Shown: positions 8,739 through 17,933 of the stretch, one piece after another
Numbering within the stretch: the stretch's first letter is position 1
How the letters are laid out: every line of letters starts with the position of its first letter
Virus record (IMG/VR): IMGVR_UViG_3300012921_000046
Location: 629-64,628 of that record
DNA: 64,000 nucleotides
Strand: one strand, 5' to 3'
Origin: a virus
Lineage: Duplodnaviria > Caudoviricetes
Translations under genes and position numbers: made by a program
The notes under the pieces: generated by a model
Database searches by the model: none
Seen by the model: the letters and a program-made list of their open reading frames with translations, nothing else
What the model was told of the DNA's origin: nothing

Positions 8739-10523
8739 CTATCCAAGCACCGCAACGCACTGCTGCACCAGCCAGCGCATCACCGGCGGCGTCACGGCAT
8801 TGCCGTACTGTTTCACCCGCTCGCGCTGGTTGCCGACCACCTTGTAGCTCGTCGGGAAGGCCATTGCCCGCCCGATTTCGTGTGGCTGGAGCATCCGGAA
8901 ACCGCAGTCCTCGACGGCCGGCGTCTCGCCGGGCTGAGCCAGCGCCCACGTCCGCGTGCCCGTCATCGTCGGGCTTGCCTTGTCGATCGGCGCCGGTACC
9001 TTCTGCCCTTGCGCGCCGTAGATGCCGACGAGAAACGGCGCCAGCACCAGGGCGTGCCGGTCGCGTGTGTCCTGCGTGGGCATCGGCTCGTCGACACCAG
9101 CCCCGGTCGCCGTCGAGTTGTAACTGGCCAGGAAGGGCACGACCACACCGTGATGGTTGCCGCTGCCGACAACGGTTGAAAGCGCCTCGTCGAGACCCTT
9201 GGGCGCGTTCTCGCCGCGCAGGTCAACGAGGTAGGGCGGCACCACCACGCCCAGCTCAGCGCGGTTGGTCTGCGTTGGCAGCGCACGCTCGGTCGGCCAC
9301 TGCTTCACCGTGTTGTCGCCCTCGGGATGGGAAGTTTGCACAACAAAGGGCGGAGTGACGAGAGCGTGATGCACGTTGCCCACTTGGGTTGGCCAGGGGC
9401 CTTCGACGCTACTGGCCCGGCTGCTCTCACTGCCGCTCTGCACGAAGTTGACGAGCATCGGCGGCGTGACCAGGGCGTGCGTGTGGATGCCGAGCATCGT
9501 GCGGTGCGACTTGTCGGTCGTCCACACCATCTCGCTGCCCTTGCCCCGCGACGTATGGACGCAGTCCATCAGGAACGGCGGAGTGACCACGGCGTGCTGG
9601 TTGCCGCTCGTCTGCGTGGGCATCGGCTCGTCGAGCGGCACGTTGGGGCGGAAGTAGTTGACGCTGGTCAGCATCGGTCGGGCAAACTTCTTCAACCCGA
9701 TCTCGATCCGCTTCAGCGTCTTCTCCTTCAGCGGCCGGGCGCGGTCGCCGATGCGCGGCGCCGGCAGGCTCCAGTCGATCGCGTTGAAGGCCGCAAAGTA
9801 GTAGGGCGTGACCTCGATTGCACACTCGGGGCAGCGGTAGAGATACTGCTGACCGTACTTGCCCCAGGGCTTCTTCGGGTTCTTCCAGCTCTGAACGCTG
9901 GCGACATCCTTGCCGCACTGGGGACAGTGGGCGCGCGGCCGAAAGTCGAGATCGGGGGCGCGCAGGCTTTTCTGCCAGAAGACGACGTACATCCGGTCGC
10001 GGCTCTGCGGCGTCGGGTGGGCGAACATCGAGTTGAGATAGACGCACTTGTGGTTGTAGCCCAGCAGGTCCATCGCCTGGAGCCAGGCCGGAAAGGGCAC
10101 CCACCAGCGCGCCTCGACGACGTTTTCAACGATGACGATCCGGTAGCGGTGGTGCTCGGCGAAGCGCACGACGTCCCACATCGTGGCCCGGCTGCGCTCC
10201 TCGGCGGGGTCGAGCTTGAGCGTACCGAACAACTCCAGCTGCGCCTGCATCTTCCTGACCTTGCCCTTCGCAAGCGAGTGGTTCGTGCACTCAGGCGAGG
10301 TGATCAGAATGTCGGTCGAGGGGTAGCGCCGCGGGTCGCACGCGCTGATGTCGGTACAGTCGTGGTCGGCCTCGGGAAAGTTCGTGTTGTGCGTCTCAAT
10401 CGCCAGATGCCAGTGGTTGAGGGCCAGGCGCAACTCGGCGCCGGCTGCGGTGGCGCCAATGCTGGAGCCGCCCGCGCCGCAGAACTGATCCGTGACCGTC
10501 ACGAAGCTGGTGTTCGGTGCCAT
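8739..10523 (-). CDS. dcm: DNA (cytosine-5) methyltransferase
   Basis: Motifs I DQFCGAGG, IV SPECTNHS, VI ENV, VIII QSRDR, IX RML, X GNAV. Confidence 0.93.
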   Translation of the reverse strand: MAPNTSFVTVTDQFCGAGGSSIGATAAGAELRLALNHWHLAIETHNTNFPEADHDCTDISACDPRRYPSTDILITSPECTNHSLAKGKVRKMQAQLELFGTLKLDPAEERSRATMWDVVRFAEHHRYRIVIVENVVEARWWVPFPAWLQAMDLLGYNHKCVYLNSMFAHPTPQSRDRMYVVFWQKSLRAPDLDFRPRAHCPQCGKDVASVQSWKNPKKPWGKYGQQYLYRCPECAIEVTPYYFAAFNAIDWSLPAPRIGDRARPLKEKTLKRIEIGLKKFARPMLTSVNYFRPNVPLDEPMPTQTSGNQHAVVTPPFLMDCVHTSRGKGSEMVWTTDKSHRTMLGIHTHALVTPPMLVNFVQSGSESSRASSVEGPWPTQVGNVHHALVTPPFVVQTSHPEGDNTVKQWPTERALPTQTNRAELGVVVPPYLVDLRGENAPKGLDEALSTVVGSGNHHGVVVPFLASYNSTATGAGVDEPMPTQDTRDRHALVLAPFLVGIYGAQGQKVPAPIDKASPTMTGTRTWALAQPGETPAVEDCGFRMLQPHEIGRAMAFPTSYKVVGNQRERVKQYGNAVTPPVMRWLVQQCVAVLG

Positions 10524-10529
10524 CGTTCG

Positions 10530-11045
10530 TTACCTACTCGTTAGCTGATCAAGGGCGGTGTCGGCTCGGTCGCAGCGCGCCAGGCCGGTCTGGACAATGG
10601 AGAGCGTGGCGACACGCGCGGTCGCCGCCTGGATGAGGGCAGCCCAGCTCGGGCGGCTCGTGTCGGTGAGGTAGGCGTGGAGCTGGGCCCGCGCCGCCGG
10701 CGAGCGGGGGGCGGCCGCGCGCAGGATTTCGACCGTGCGCAGCCGGGCCAGGTCGGCCGGGTCCGCTGCTGCGCGGGCCAGTTGGAACGCCGCCTCCGCG
10801 TCGACGAGCCGCCGGTTGGACGCCTCGCGTAGCCGGGCGATATGCGCCCGCGCCCGGGCCAGGTCCTCGCCGCACAGCTCGCACACGGGCGGCTGGCCCA
10901 GGGCGAACCGCCCGGTCAGGCCACACACCAGGCAGTCACCGCCGTAGCTCCCGCGCGGAGTCAGCGGGAGCTGCTCCACCTGCGGGGGGAACAGCTCGTC
11001 CGGGGCGTCCAGGTCGAGGACCACGGCGACGGTGCGGGTGCTCAT
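10530..11045 (-). CDS. Hypothetical protein with CxxC...CxxC zinc ribbon
   Basis: CLVCGLTG...VCELCG. Confidence 0.7.
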   Translation of the reverse strand: MSTRTVAVVLDLDAPDELFPPQVEQLPLTPRGSYGGDCLVCGLTGRFALGQPPVCELCGEDLARARAHIARLREASNRRLVDAEAAFQLARAAADPADLARLRTVEILRAAAPRSPAARAQLHAYLTDTSRPSWAALIQAATARVATLSIVQTGLARCDRADTALDQLTSR

Positions 11046-11938
11046 CGGGTCCAGGCTCCGCTGATCATCTGCGCCAACGACACAACGTCCACCTCGGGAG
11101 CGTCATAGCGCGGCGCCTTGGCCGTGCCACGCATCGCCACCCAGCCCTGCGGGTGCTTGAACCAGGAGTTGAGCTCGGCAGCCATTTCCGGCATGCCGCT
11201 GCCGTACGCCACGTTCTCCGCGACCTCGACCACCTGGCCGACATGCACCGCAGCGCCCCGGCCTACGCGCTTGCAGCCGACGCTATAGCTTTCCTCGGAG
11301 CCCTGTGTTGTGCGCTGCCACCAGACGACGAGCCCAGCGCCCAGCACCTCGCCAGCAGCATCCGTCACGCTCCGGTCGCCATTCTCGATCGCCACGACCA
11401 GGCCGTCATCGCTCTGCCAGCGCAGTGCGGTATGGACCTGCTGGCGCGCCTGGTCCTCGGTGTGAAGGTAGCGCGCGATGCGACTGAGCAGGTCGAAGCC
11501 GAACGCCAGGATGGCCTGGTTGCTGGGCCGGGGCGTCTGGTTCTTGTAGTCGGTGAAGACGGCGTGGATACCGAGCTGTCGGGAGCTTGCGGAGACTGGC
11601 CCCCAGCGGTCGCCGTCGTCGATCAGGTCCACTAGCGGGAAGAGATAGGCCGGGGCCATGTCGCGGGCTCGCAGGGAGCGATACACCAGCGTGATGGCGC
11701 TTGGCAGGTTGGGGTCCTGGTGATGATCAAACCGCCAGCGCACCGGATCATGCTCGCCGCCGATGTCTACCACAGCCGCCGCCGAGGCAAGCAGCGCGGC
11801 CGGCACGTCGGCGAAGCTCACAAGCTCAATGTCTGCCAGGCTGAACCCGCCGAAGTGCTGGAGCAGCCAGAGGGCCCCAATACAGTCGAGGTCGGGGGAT
11901 ACATGACCAACCAGGTACTGAGTCTTTGCCGTCGTCAT
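11042..11938 (-). CDS. MYG1/DHH-like metal-dependent phosphoesterase
   Basis: Start MTTAKT; GHVSPDLDC and VVDIGGEHDP...RFDHHQ resemble the MYG1 family signature. Confidence 0.72.
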   Translation of the reverse strand: MTTAKTQYLVGHVSPDLDCIGALWLLQHFGGFSLADIELVSFADVPAALLASAAAVVDIGGEHDPVRWRFDHHQDPNLPSAITLVYRSLRARDMAPAYLFPLVDLIDDGDRWGPVSASSRQLGIHAVFTDYKNQTPRPSNQAILAFGFDLLSRIARYLHTEDQARQQVHTALRWQSDDGLVVAIENGDRSVTDAAGEVLGAGLVVWWQRTTQGSEESYSVGCKRVGRGAAVHVGQVVEVAENVAYGSGMPEMAAELNSWFKHPQGWVAMRGTAKAPRYDAPEVDVVSLAQMISGAWTR

Positions 11939-11981
11939 CGCTGTCGTCCTATGGACTATGCATCGGACAATACGGTACAAA

Positions 11982-12028
11982 TGTCCTATAAGTAGGACAA
12001 TGATACCGAATTGACGACAGGCTGTCAA
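11982..12028 (-). promoter_or_regulatory. Sigma70 promoter followed by an operator
   Basis: TTGACA(12028-12023)-17 bp-TATCAT(12005-12000), then TGTCCT-N6-AGGACA at 11982-11999. Confidence 0.8.
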
Positions 12029-12088
12029 TGGGCGGGCGGGCGCTGGCCGTCGGAATGACGGTTTAGCGCGCCCCAATGCGCTATTCGC

Positions 12089-12434
12089 CTGCTCGGGCGC
12101 TGTCCAAACGGTCAGCATACCCCCTCCCCCCAAGGTTTAGCGCATCAGGAAGGGGTAAAGCCGTGTTCGCGGGTGGAGGGCGAATATTGAACATTCCCAT
12201 GTATATATACCTTTCAGGATCATGATCATGGGAATGTTCAATATTCCGGCCTGTATACCCTCCAGGGGTATGCACCAGCCGCAGAGACCGCTCGCCCTCA
12301 GACGATTGTACAGCGTGAAGGACAAAAAAGCCCCGCTGGGGCGGTTCTCCGCCACGCTGGCAAGCTGAGGGGGTGGGGGCGGTGTCTTGGGTGGTAGGCA
12401 CCCGCTAGCGCCCCGCAGAATGGCGCTCAGCGCG
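12089..12434. repeat. Copy 1 of a 346-bp non-coding element with a 20-bp inverted repeat
   Basis: GAATATTGAACATTCCCATG (12182-12201) / CATGGGAATGTTCAATATTC (12227-12246); homologous blocks recur at 59823-60168. Confidence 0.85.
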
Positions 12435-12444
12435 TCTGGGCATG

Positions 12445-12477
12445 AAAAAGCGGGGGATGTGGTGTCACATCCCCCGC
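12445..12477 (-). terminator. Intrinsic terminator
   Basis: GCGGGGGATGTG-4 nt-CACATCCCCCGC with a 5-nt U tract on the minus strand. Confidence 0.8.
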
Positions 12478-12502
12478 GACCCGCGCCCGCTGCTGGTTTT
12501 GG

Positions 12503-12757
12503 TTATCGCTTGGTGCGGCGGGCCTTACCCTCAGCTCGGGCCGCAAGCTCAGCCTGGATACGAACCCCGGCGGCGAGAAACGCGCGGGCGTTGGCGATGT
12601 TCGTTGCAAGATCAGACATGGCAAAGACAACGGGCGCCTGCTGCGCACCGTGGTTGTCCCAGACCAGGAACCGGGAGTCGGCTCGGTCCAGCGCAATCCC
12701 AGCAGCGACAAGATCCGCGGGAAGTTCAGGGAAGAGCGGGAGCTGTTCAATCGCCAT
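12503..12757 (-). CDS. Hypothetical protein
   Basis: ORF in operon context. Confidence 0.7.
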   Translation of the reverse strand: MAIEQLPLFPELPADLVAAGIALDRADSRFLVWDNHGAQQAPVVFAMSDLATNIANARAFLAAGVRIQAELAARAEGKARRTKR

Positions 12758-13481
12758 TGATCACCTCGAGGGCGAGCTGGTGGTAGACCGACCGCCCGGG
12801 CGCCAGAGCCGCCGTTGGCGTGGTCGGGGGCGGGAGCGCGAGAAAGGGCCGAAACGCTCGGTCCTCGGGCATAGGCGGGCCGTAGTCCCAGCGCAGCCAG
12901 CCGCCACTGTACCGTCGTGGATAGGTTCCCTTCTGCCACACGAAGATGCTGTAGGCGGTGGCGTCGGTCTTTCGGTTGCCGGTGAACGACGGCCGGCGGG
13001 CGCATGCGTCGACGCTGATCGGCCCTTGGGCAGCCCACAAGCTCTGGGCGCGCTCCTGTCCCTCCAGGAAGTTGTGGCGGAGGAGCAGGAGCAGGTGCCC
13101 CCCGTCCTCCAGCATGGCCAGACTCAGGCGGATAAACTCCTCGGCCCAGCGGAAGGGCGGGTTGCCGACAACCAGGGTCGGGCGAGGGAGACGCTGGCGG
13201 AGCGCGAACGCGGCGTAGGCGAAGAACTGGGTGCAGTGCCAGTAGTCGTAGGTGGCAGGGCGCGGGCTGGCCTGGAGCTCGACGCCAGTGATCGTCGGCT
13301 GCTTGCCCCAGCGCTCGCGGACAGCTGCGCCCCACACGCCCGTGCCCGCCCCCGGGTCGAGGGTGTGGGCCGGGTCGGTGTTGGGTGGCAGCAGGTCGAG
13401 AGCGGCGCGGCACAGACCGGAGGGCGTTGGGTAGTGATCGTGCCGCTCGCGCGGGCGCATGCTCTTGCTGGTGATGATCAC
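12747..13481 (-). CDS. N6-adenine DNA methyltransferase
   Basis: HDHYPTP, LDPGAGTG (SAM binding), GNPPF (catalytic). Confidence 0.88.
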   Translation of the reverse strand: MIITSKSMRPRERHDHYPTPSGLCRAALDLLPPNTDPAHTLDPGAGTGVWGAAVRERWGKQPTITGVELQASPRPATYDYWHCTQFFAYAAFALRQRLPRPTLVVGNPPFRWAEEFIRLSLAMLEDGGHLLLLLRHNFLEGQERAQSLWAAQGPISVDACARRPSFTGNRKTDATAYSIFVWQKGTYPRRYSGGWLRWDYGPPMPEDRAFRPFLALPPPTTPTAALAPGRSVYHQLALEVINGD

Positions 13482-13482
13482 A

Positions 13483-14322
13483 TTATTCTCCAGATTTTCG
13501 CAGCACGATCACGTCTTCTTCTTCGATCACGGGCATGCCCTTCTCGCGCCGCCGCCGTTGCCACAGCGAGAAGGTGGTGAGCTTGCGGGCGTGCCGCTCA
13601 ACGAGCGTGAAGCCGAGCGCCGCACACCGCTCGGCGGTTTCCGTGGCCACGCACACCCGCCGTCCCTTGACGATGTGGTCCTTGATCACCAGGAGCATCA
13701 GGCCGCCTGGCTGTAGGGCCTCGTGAGCGCGCTGGTAGATGGCTGTCATTGCCTCCCAGTAGCGGGCGCCCCGGAAGTGGCCGACCTGATCGGGGTGCTT
13801 GCCGTAGTGCATGAGCAGCGCGCCTTGTGCGCCCACGGCCGCACCGGATAGTGCACGCTCCCAAATCTTTGAGTTGTGGGACACCTTTGCAAGTCGGCGT
13901 CGAACTGCCTCCGGATCCATGCCGTGTCCGGAGCTGTTTCGGGCAACATCACAGGCATACGGCGGGCTGAAAAGCGCCACGTCGGCCGAGAGCCCCCAGG
14001 GCTGCCGAGCGTCGCGCTGGGCCACGGTCATCCGCCCCGCGAAGAGGCCCGCGGCCGCGTGGATGCGGGCAGCATTCTGGTGGGCCTCAGCGAGCCAGGC
14101 GGGCTCCACGTCGAAGATAGTCACGTCCCGCTGGAGCAGGGCGGCATAGAGCGTAGAGCCGATCCCGCCCATCGGGTCAACGATGTGCTGGCCCGGCAGC
14201 GTGTAGCGCTCGACCAGCCAAGCGAGCAGCCCCAGATGCAGCTTAGCCGGGTGGGCGAAGCTCGCCTCGGTGAAATAGCGCTGGCGGAGGCTGCGATCAC
14301 TGCCAAGTTCGATGATCATCAA
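13483..14322 (-). CDS. Amino (N4-C/N6-A) DNA methyltransferase
   Basis: HPAK, DPMGGIGST, FSPPY, E.E.VIVLRK. Confidence 0.85.
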   Translation of the reverse strand: MMIIELGSDRSLRQRYFTEASFAHPAKLHLGLLAWLVERYTLPGQHIVDPMGGIGSTLYAALLQRDVTIFDVEPAWLAEAHQNAARIHAAAGLFAGRMTVAQRDARQPWGLSADVALFSPPYACDVARNSSGHGMDPEAVRRRLAKVSHNSKIWERALSGAAVGAQGALLMHYGKHPDQVGHFRGARYWEAMTAIYQRAHEALQPGGLMLLVIKDHIVKGRRVCVATETAERCAALGFTLVERHARKLTTFSLWQRRRREKGMPVIEEEDVIVLRKSGE

Positions 14323-17300
14323 TCCTCCTCAGTCTTTGGGCTCAGGCCGTGGCTTGGTCGCCCCCGGCCGCGCGGGATCAGGGCGGGCACCTGCCAGCGG
14401 TCGCGCTGCACGTCGTAGAGGTGGGCCAGGTAGCGGCGGGCGGTGGGTGCGGCCACGCCGAGGGCCTTGGCGATCTGCCCCGCCGTGATCGGCTCGCCCT
14501 GTTGGTAGTGCTGCTCGGCCAGCTCTAGCACCTTCGCCCAGCGCAGCGGGTCAACCGGGACGTCGCCGCCGCCGCGCAGCAGCTCCTCGACCGTCCAAAC
14601 GCGGCTCGGCGGCAGGTCGTCGAGGGGCAGGTTGGAGAAGATCCACACGTCGACCGGCCGCAGGCGGATGCGGGCGCGCTCAGCGGCCTGGACGATCTCG
14701 CTTTCGCGGAGCTGTCGCACCAGTGCAGCCAGCGGGGGCTCGTTCCAGAAGTTCGCCACGGGGTAGCTCAGCCCGCTGCCGTCCGCGGCCTGGTAGCGGT
14801 AGGGGACGTGGCGATCCTCCCAGGTTAGATCGAAGGCGGCCGTGCGCTCCAGGTAGAGCATCGCAGCCATGCTCTGGAGCGCGTAGGGGTTGGGGATCGG
14901 CGTGCCTACGACGAAGTGCCCGTCCACGCCCGGCCCCTCGGCCCGGTCGGTGAAGGCGTTCGACCCGCGCGACCCGTAGAAGTGCGCCGCCGCGGCGAAC
15001 TGGTCCGCTATGTGGCTGGTGACCTGCTGGAAGCTGATCAGTCCGGGCCGCTCGTAGCCCTGGCGCCGGATGAGTAACTGGGCCAGCTCGATCGCCTCGT
15101 GCGCCTGGCGCGTCAGCACGACGGCCGGCTTCGGCTCAGGCTCCGGCCCGTCCTCCGCCTCAGGCTGCTCGCCGCGGGCTTCGGCGATGGCAGGGTGCTC
15201 CTCAGGCGGCGGGGGCTCGACAAGCGACCGTTTGCCGTAGGCGCGGCTGATCACCTGGTGCACCTCGCCGCGGTAGGGCAGCTCGAGGTCGAGCACCTCG
15301 ACCGGTCGGCCAAAGATGGCCTCGTAGATCGCGGGGTCGCCGGTGCCGTCGAGCCAGATCAGGTGGTGTGGCACGGAGTCGTGCAGCGACCGGCGCTGGA
15401 GCAGCATGAGCTGGCCGTGGCCGGCCACCAGCCGCTGGATGTAGTCGCGCCCCTCCAGCGCCTCGGTTGCCTCGCGCTTCAGGTGCCAGAGCAGGTCGCG
15501 CACGTAGCGGAACGGGGCGTCCGCCGCGTCGCTCGGGTGCTTCAGCCGGACCTCGTCGGCACTCCAGCGCGAACGCCGGCGGCGCTGTCGCCCCTGCTGG
15601 CGCTCGCGCCGGCGTTGGCGGCGCCGCTCGGCGGCCTGCTGCCGCTGCTCCTCGCGCTCGACCGTGGACGGCAAGCCCGCGGGCAGCGAGGCCTTGCGCC
15701 GCTCGTAGTCCGCGATGACGGTCAGCACGTCAGCCGCACCGCCCAGCGCGTCGAGCAAGGCCGGCCCGGCGAGGCGGGTCGAACCCTGGTCCTGACAGGC
15801 GGTGTGCAGCGCGTGCAGCAGCTCGGCGAGCGGGTCGGTGGGGTCGAGCTCGGGGGGCACGATCCACATGGCCGGGATCTCCCACTGCCAGAGCATTGCG
15901 CCAAGCGGCAGCTCGTCACCGAAAGCCACAGTCGCGTGCAGGTCGCCCGGCACGCCGGCCCACAGGTGCTGGTGCTGGAGGTACAGGATGGGCCGGGTGC
16001 TGTTCTTCTGCGCGTGGTAGACGCATTCGTTTTTGATGTAGCCGTAGCCGCAGATCCTGGCGCAGAACTCCATTGCATCGTGGCCACGGTGCAGCCAGAT
16101 GTCGATCGGCCCCGGCGCGGAATCACCCCGCTTGCGGGCGTGCAGGCAGGTCGCCCCATCGCCCGTCACCTTGTCGCCGCTGTGCCGGCTCTGCCACTCC
16201 TGCCACCACGCCGGCTGCTTGGCCTCCGCCATCAGATCCTGGAACAGGGTGTGGCGCGGGCCGTAGTAGCAGGTGCGCCGCTGGTGGCCGCGGTTGTCCG
16301 GCTCAGCCAGGAACTCGGCGATCTCGACGCTAGTCGACGTCTTCCTCGCACCCGGGGGCGGCCGCACCAGCAGGATGGGCAGCGGGCCGTCGAGGGGGTT
16401 GCGCGCGAGGTAGGCGATCATCCCCTCGCGCATGCGGTCCTGCACCCAGTCACCGACGTCGGTCGTCCAGGTCGCGGGGTTGGCCCAGCTCGGCGGCGGC
16501 GCCAGCGTCGGAGTGTCCGTGCGCGCCGTGCGCCAGCGCCGGCTAGGCTCCGCGTCCGCCGGGGGGCGGGGTGCGGTAGATCCGGGTGGGTCGAACGCCT
16601 GTAACCCATTGGTAATGTGTCCATGGCGGGGGGGGTGGGCGCCGCTCCCGGCCTCGGCCGGGTGGGGCACCTGCGCGTCATACGCGGCGGTGTCGTGCCG
16701 TGCGAGTGGTGGGAGCCCGAGGAGCTTCGCCGCGGCTTTCACCGCCTCTCGCACATCGCCTCGGTGCTCCCAGGTGCAGTACACGTCGAAGGCGTTGTTC
16801 CAGTGGCCGTTGCTCAGCGGGTCGTTGCTGTTGTGGTGGAAGCTCTTGCCGTCGCGGACGACGACCGATGGGTTGCTGGCGTCGGAGTCGGGGCGAATCC
16901 AGCGTCCCCGGTAGGGCCCACGGTCCACCTCGACATACCGCGCTGCCGACAGCTGCTCCTCGATGGTGTACCGCGCGTTGAACTGGTCGATCACCTTCCC
17001 GTGGCCGTTCAGCCCGGGGCGGTAGGTTTGATCGTAGGTCTTGCTCGCCGGCGGCGCCTGCTCGCGCTTCGGCTGTGCGGCGGGGAGCTCGTCGAGCGCC
17101 TGGGCGGCCGCGAGCAGCTCGGCCACCCTGGCCTGGGCGACGACGGGGATACGGAGGGGGTCGCCCTCCAGGAGCACGTAGCGGCGGCCCGAGGGATGGA
17201 GCGACGGCGCCAGCACGGCGTAGCCGGCCTCGCCGCGGGTCTCGATGGCGATGTGCTTGACGAGGTGCTGGTTCTGGTCGCGCTTGGGGTAGCCCCGGTC

Positions 17301-17849
17301 GTCGAGCTCCACCCGCCAGGCGAGCTTGTCGTTCCGTCCTGGCTCCGCGCAGCGCAGCCACACCTGGTAGCCCCCGCTCCCGGTCTGCTGCACCAGCACC
17401 CCGGCAGGCAGCGTGACCAGTGCCCGCCAGCGGTGGTAGAAGCCGGCGTCGTCGAAGTCGATCACGAGCAGCCCGCCGGACACCTGGCCGCAGGCCACGG
17501 CAACCCCGACCGGTTCGGCCAGGATGGCGGCCTGCACCTCGGCCGCGGGCGGGGTGGCCTTAGGCGCAGCCCACACCCGGCGCGCCGCCTTCACCCCGTG
17601 GAGCAGCCCGCCCGGGCTGAACCAGCGGGCGATGGCGTCGGGGGGTGCAATGGTATGCTGGGCGTCCAGCCACGAGCCGTGGCCGCGCCCGGCGTCGGGT
17701 AGCTTGGTGCGGGGGTCGGTGGCGCGGGGGAAGTCACAGATGGCGGGGAGCAGGGCCCCGATCGGTCGCTTGCTGGCCGTCGACACCGGGACGACCGACA
17801 GGCCGCCCTCGGTGGCGTACGCGCTGATGATGGCGGAAAGGTCGTGCAT
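14319..17849 (-). CDS. Bifunctional DNA primase/polymerase fused to a helicase-like region and C-terminal HTH
   Basis: VACGQVSGGLLVIDFD, TGSGGYQVW, ETRGEAGYAVLAPSLH; degenerate P-loop PPPGARKT and FGDELP; AGQIAKALGVAAPTARRYL. Confidence 0.8.
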   Translation of the reverse strand: MHDLSAIISAYATEGGLSVVPVSTASKRPIGALLPAICDFPRATDPRTKLPDAGRGHGSWLDAQHTIAPPDAIARWFSPGGLLHGVKAARRVWAAPKATPPAAEVQAAILAEPVGVAVACGQVSGGLLVIDFDDAGFYHRWRALVTLPAGVLVQQTGSGGYQVWLRCAEPGRNDKLAWRVELDDRGYPKRDQNQHLVKHIAIETRGEAGYAVLAPSLHPSGRRYVLLEGDPLRIPVVAQARVAELLAAAQALDELPAAQPKREQAPPASKTYDQTYRPGLNGHGKVIDQFNARYTIEEQLSAARYVEVDRGPYRGRWIRPDSDASNPSVVVRDGKSFHHNSNDPLSNGHWNNAFDVYCTWEHRGDVREAVKAAAKLLGLPPLARHDTAAYDAQVPHPAEAGSGAHPPRHGHITNGLQAFDPPGSTAPRPPADAEPSRRWRTARTDTPTLAPPPSWANPATWTTDVGDWVQDRMREGMIAYLARNPLDGPLPILLVRPPPGARKTSTSVEIAEFLAEPDNRGHQRRTCYYGPRHTLFQDLMAEAKQPAWWQEWQSRHSGDKVTGDGATCLHARKRGDSAPGPIDIWLHRGHDAMEFCARICGYGYIKNECVYHAQKNSTRPILYLQHQHLWAGVPGDLHATVAFGDELPLGAMLWQWEIPAMWIVPPELDPTDPLAELLHALHTACQDQGSTRLAGPALLDALGGAADVLTVIADYERRKASLPAGLPSTVEREEQRQQAAERRRQRRRERQQGRQRRRRSRWSADEVRLKHPSDAADAPFRYVRDLLWHLKREATEALEGRDYIQRLVAGHGQLMLLQRRSLHDSVPHHLIWLDGTGDPAIYEAIFGRPVEVLDLELPYRGEVHQVISRAYGKRSLVEPPPPEEHPAIAEARGEQPEAEDGPEPEPKPAVVLTRQAHEAIELAQLLIRRQGYERPGLISFQQVTSHIADQFAAAAHFYGSRGSNAFTDRAEGPGVDGHFVVGTPIPNPYALQSMAAMLYLERTAAFDLTWEDRHVPYRYQAADGSGLSYPVANFWNEPPLAALVRQLRESEIVQAAERARIRLRPVDVWIFSNLPLDDLPPSRVWTVEELLRGGGDVPVDPLRWAKVLELAEQHYQQGEPITAGQIAKALGVAAPTARRYLAHLYDVQRDRWQVPALIPRGRGRPSHGLSPKTEED

Positions 17850-17933
17850 CAGTCATCAATCGGCCGCCCGCTTGTCCTATGTGTGGGACAAACGGGCGAA
17901 CCGAGGCGCAAGCGGCGGGACCCGGTGGGGCGA

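Noticed and set aside
12081-12401. Conserved protein encoded by the duplicated element (ORFs 12081..12401 and 59953..60261)
   Set aside because: Shared peptides only reflect the conserved DNA blocks; copy 2 has a stop inside the inverted repeat, and copy 1 contains a terminator-like hairpin with a U tract.
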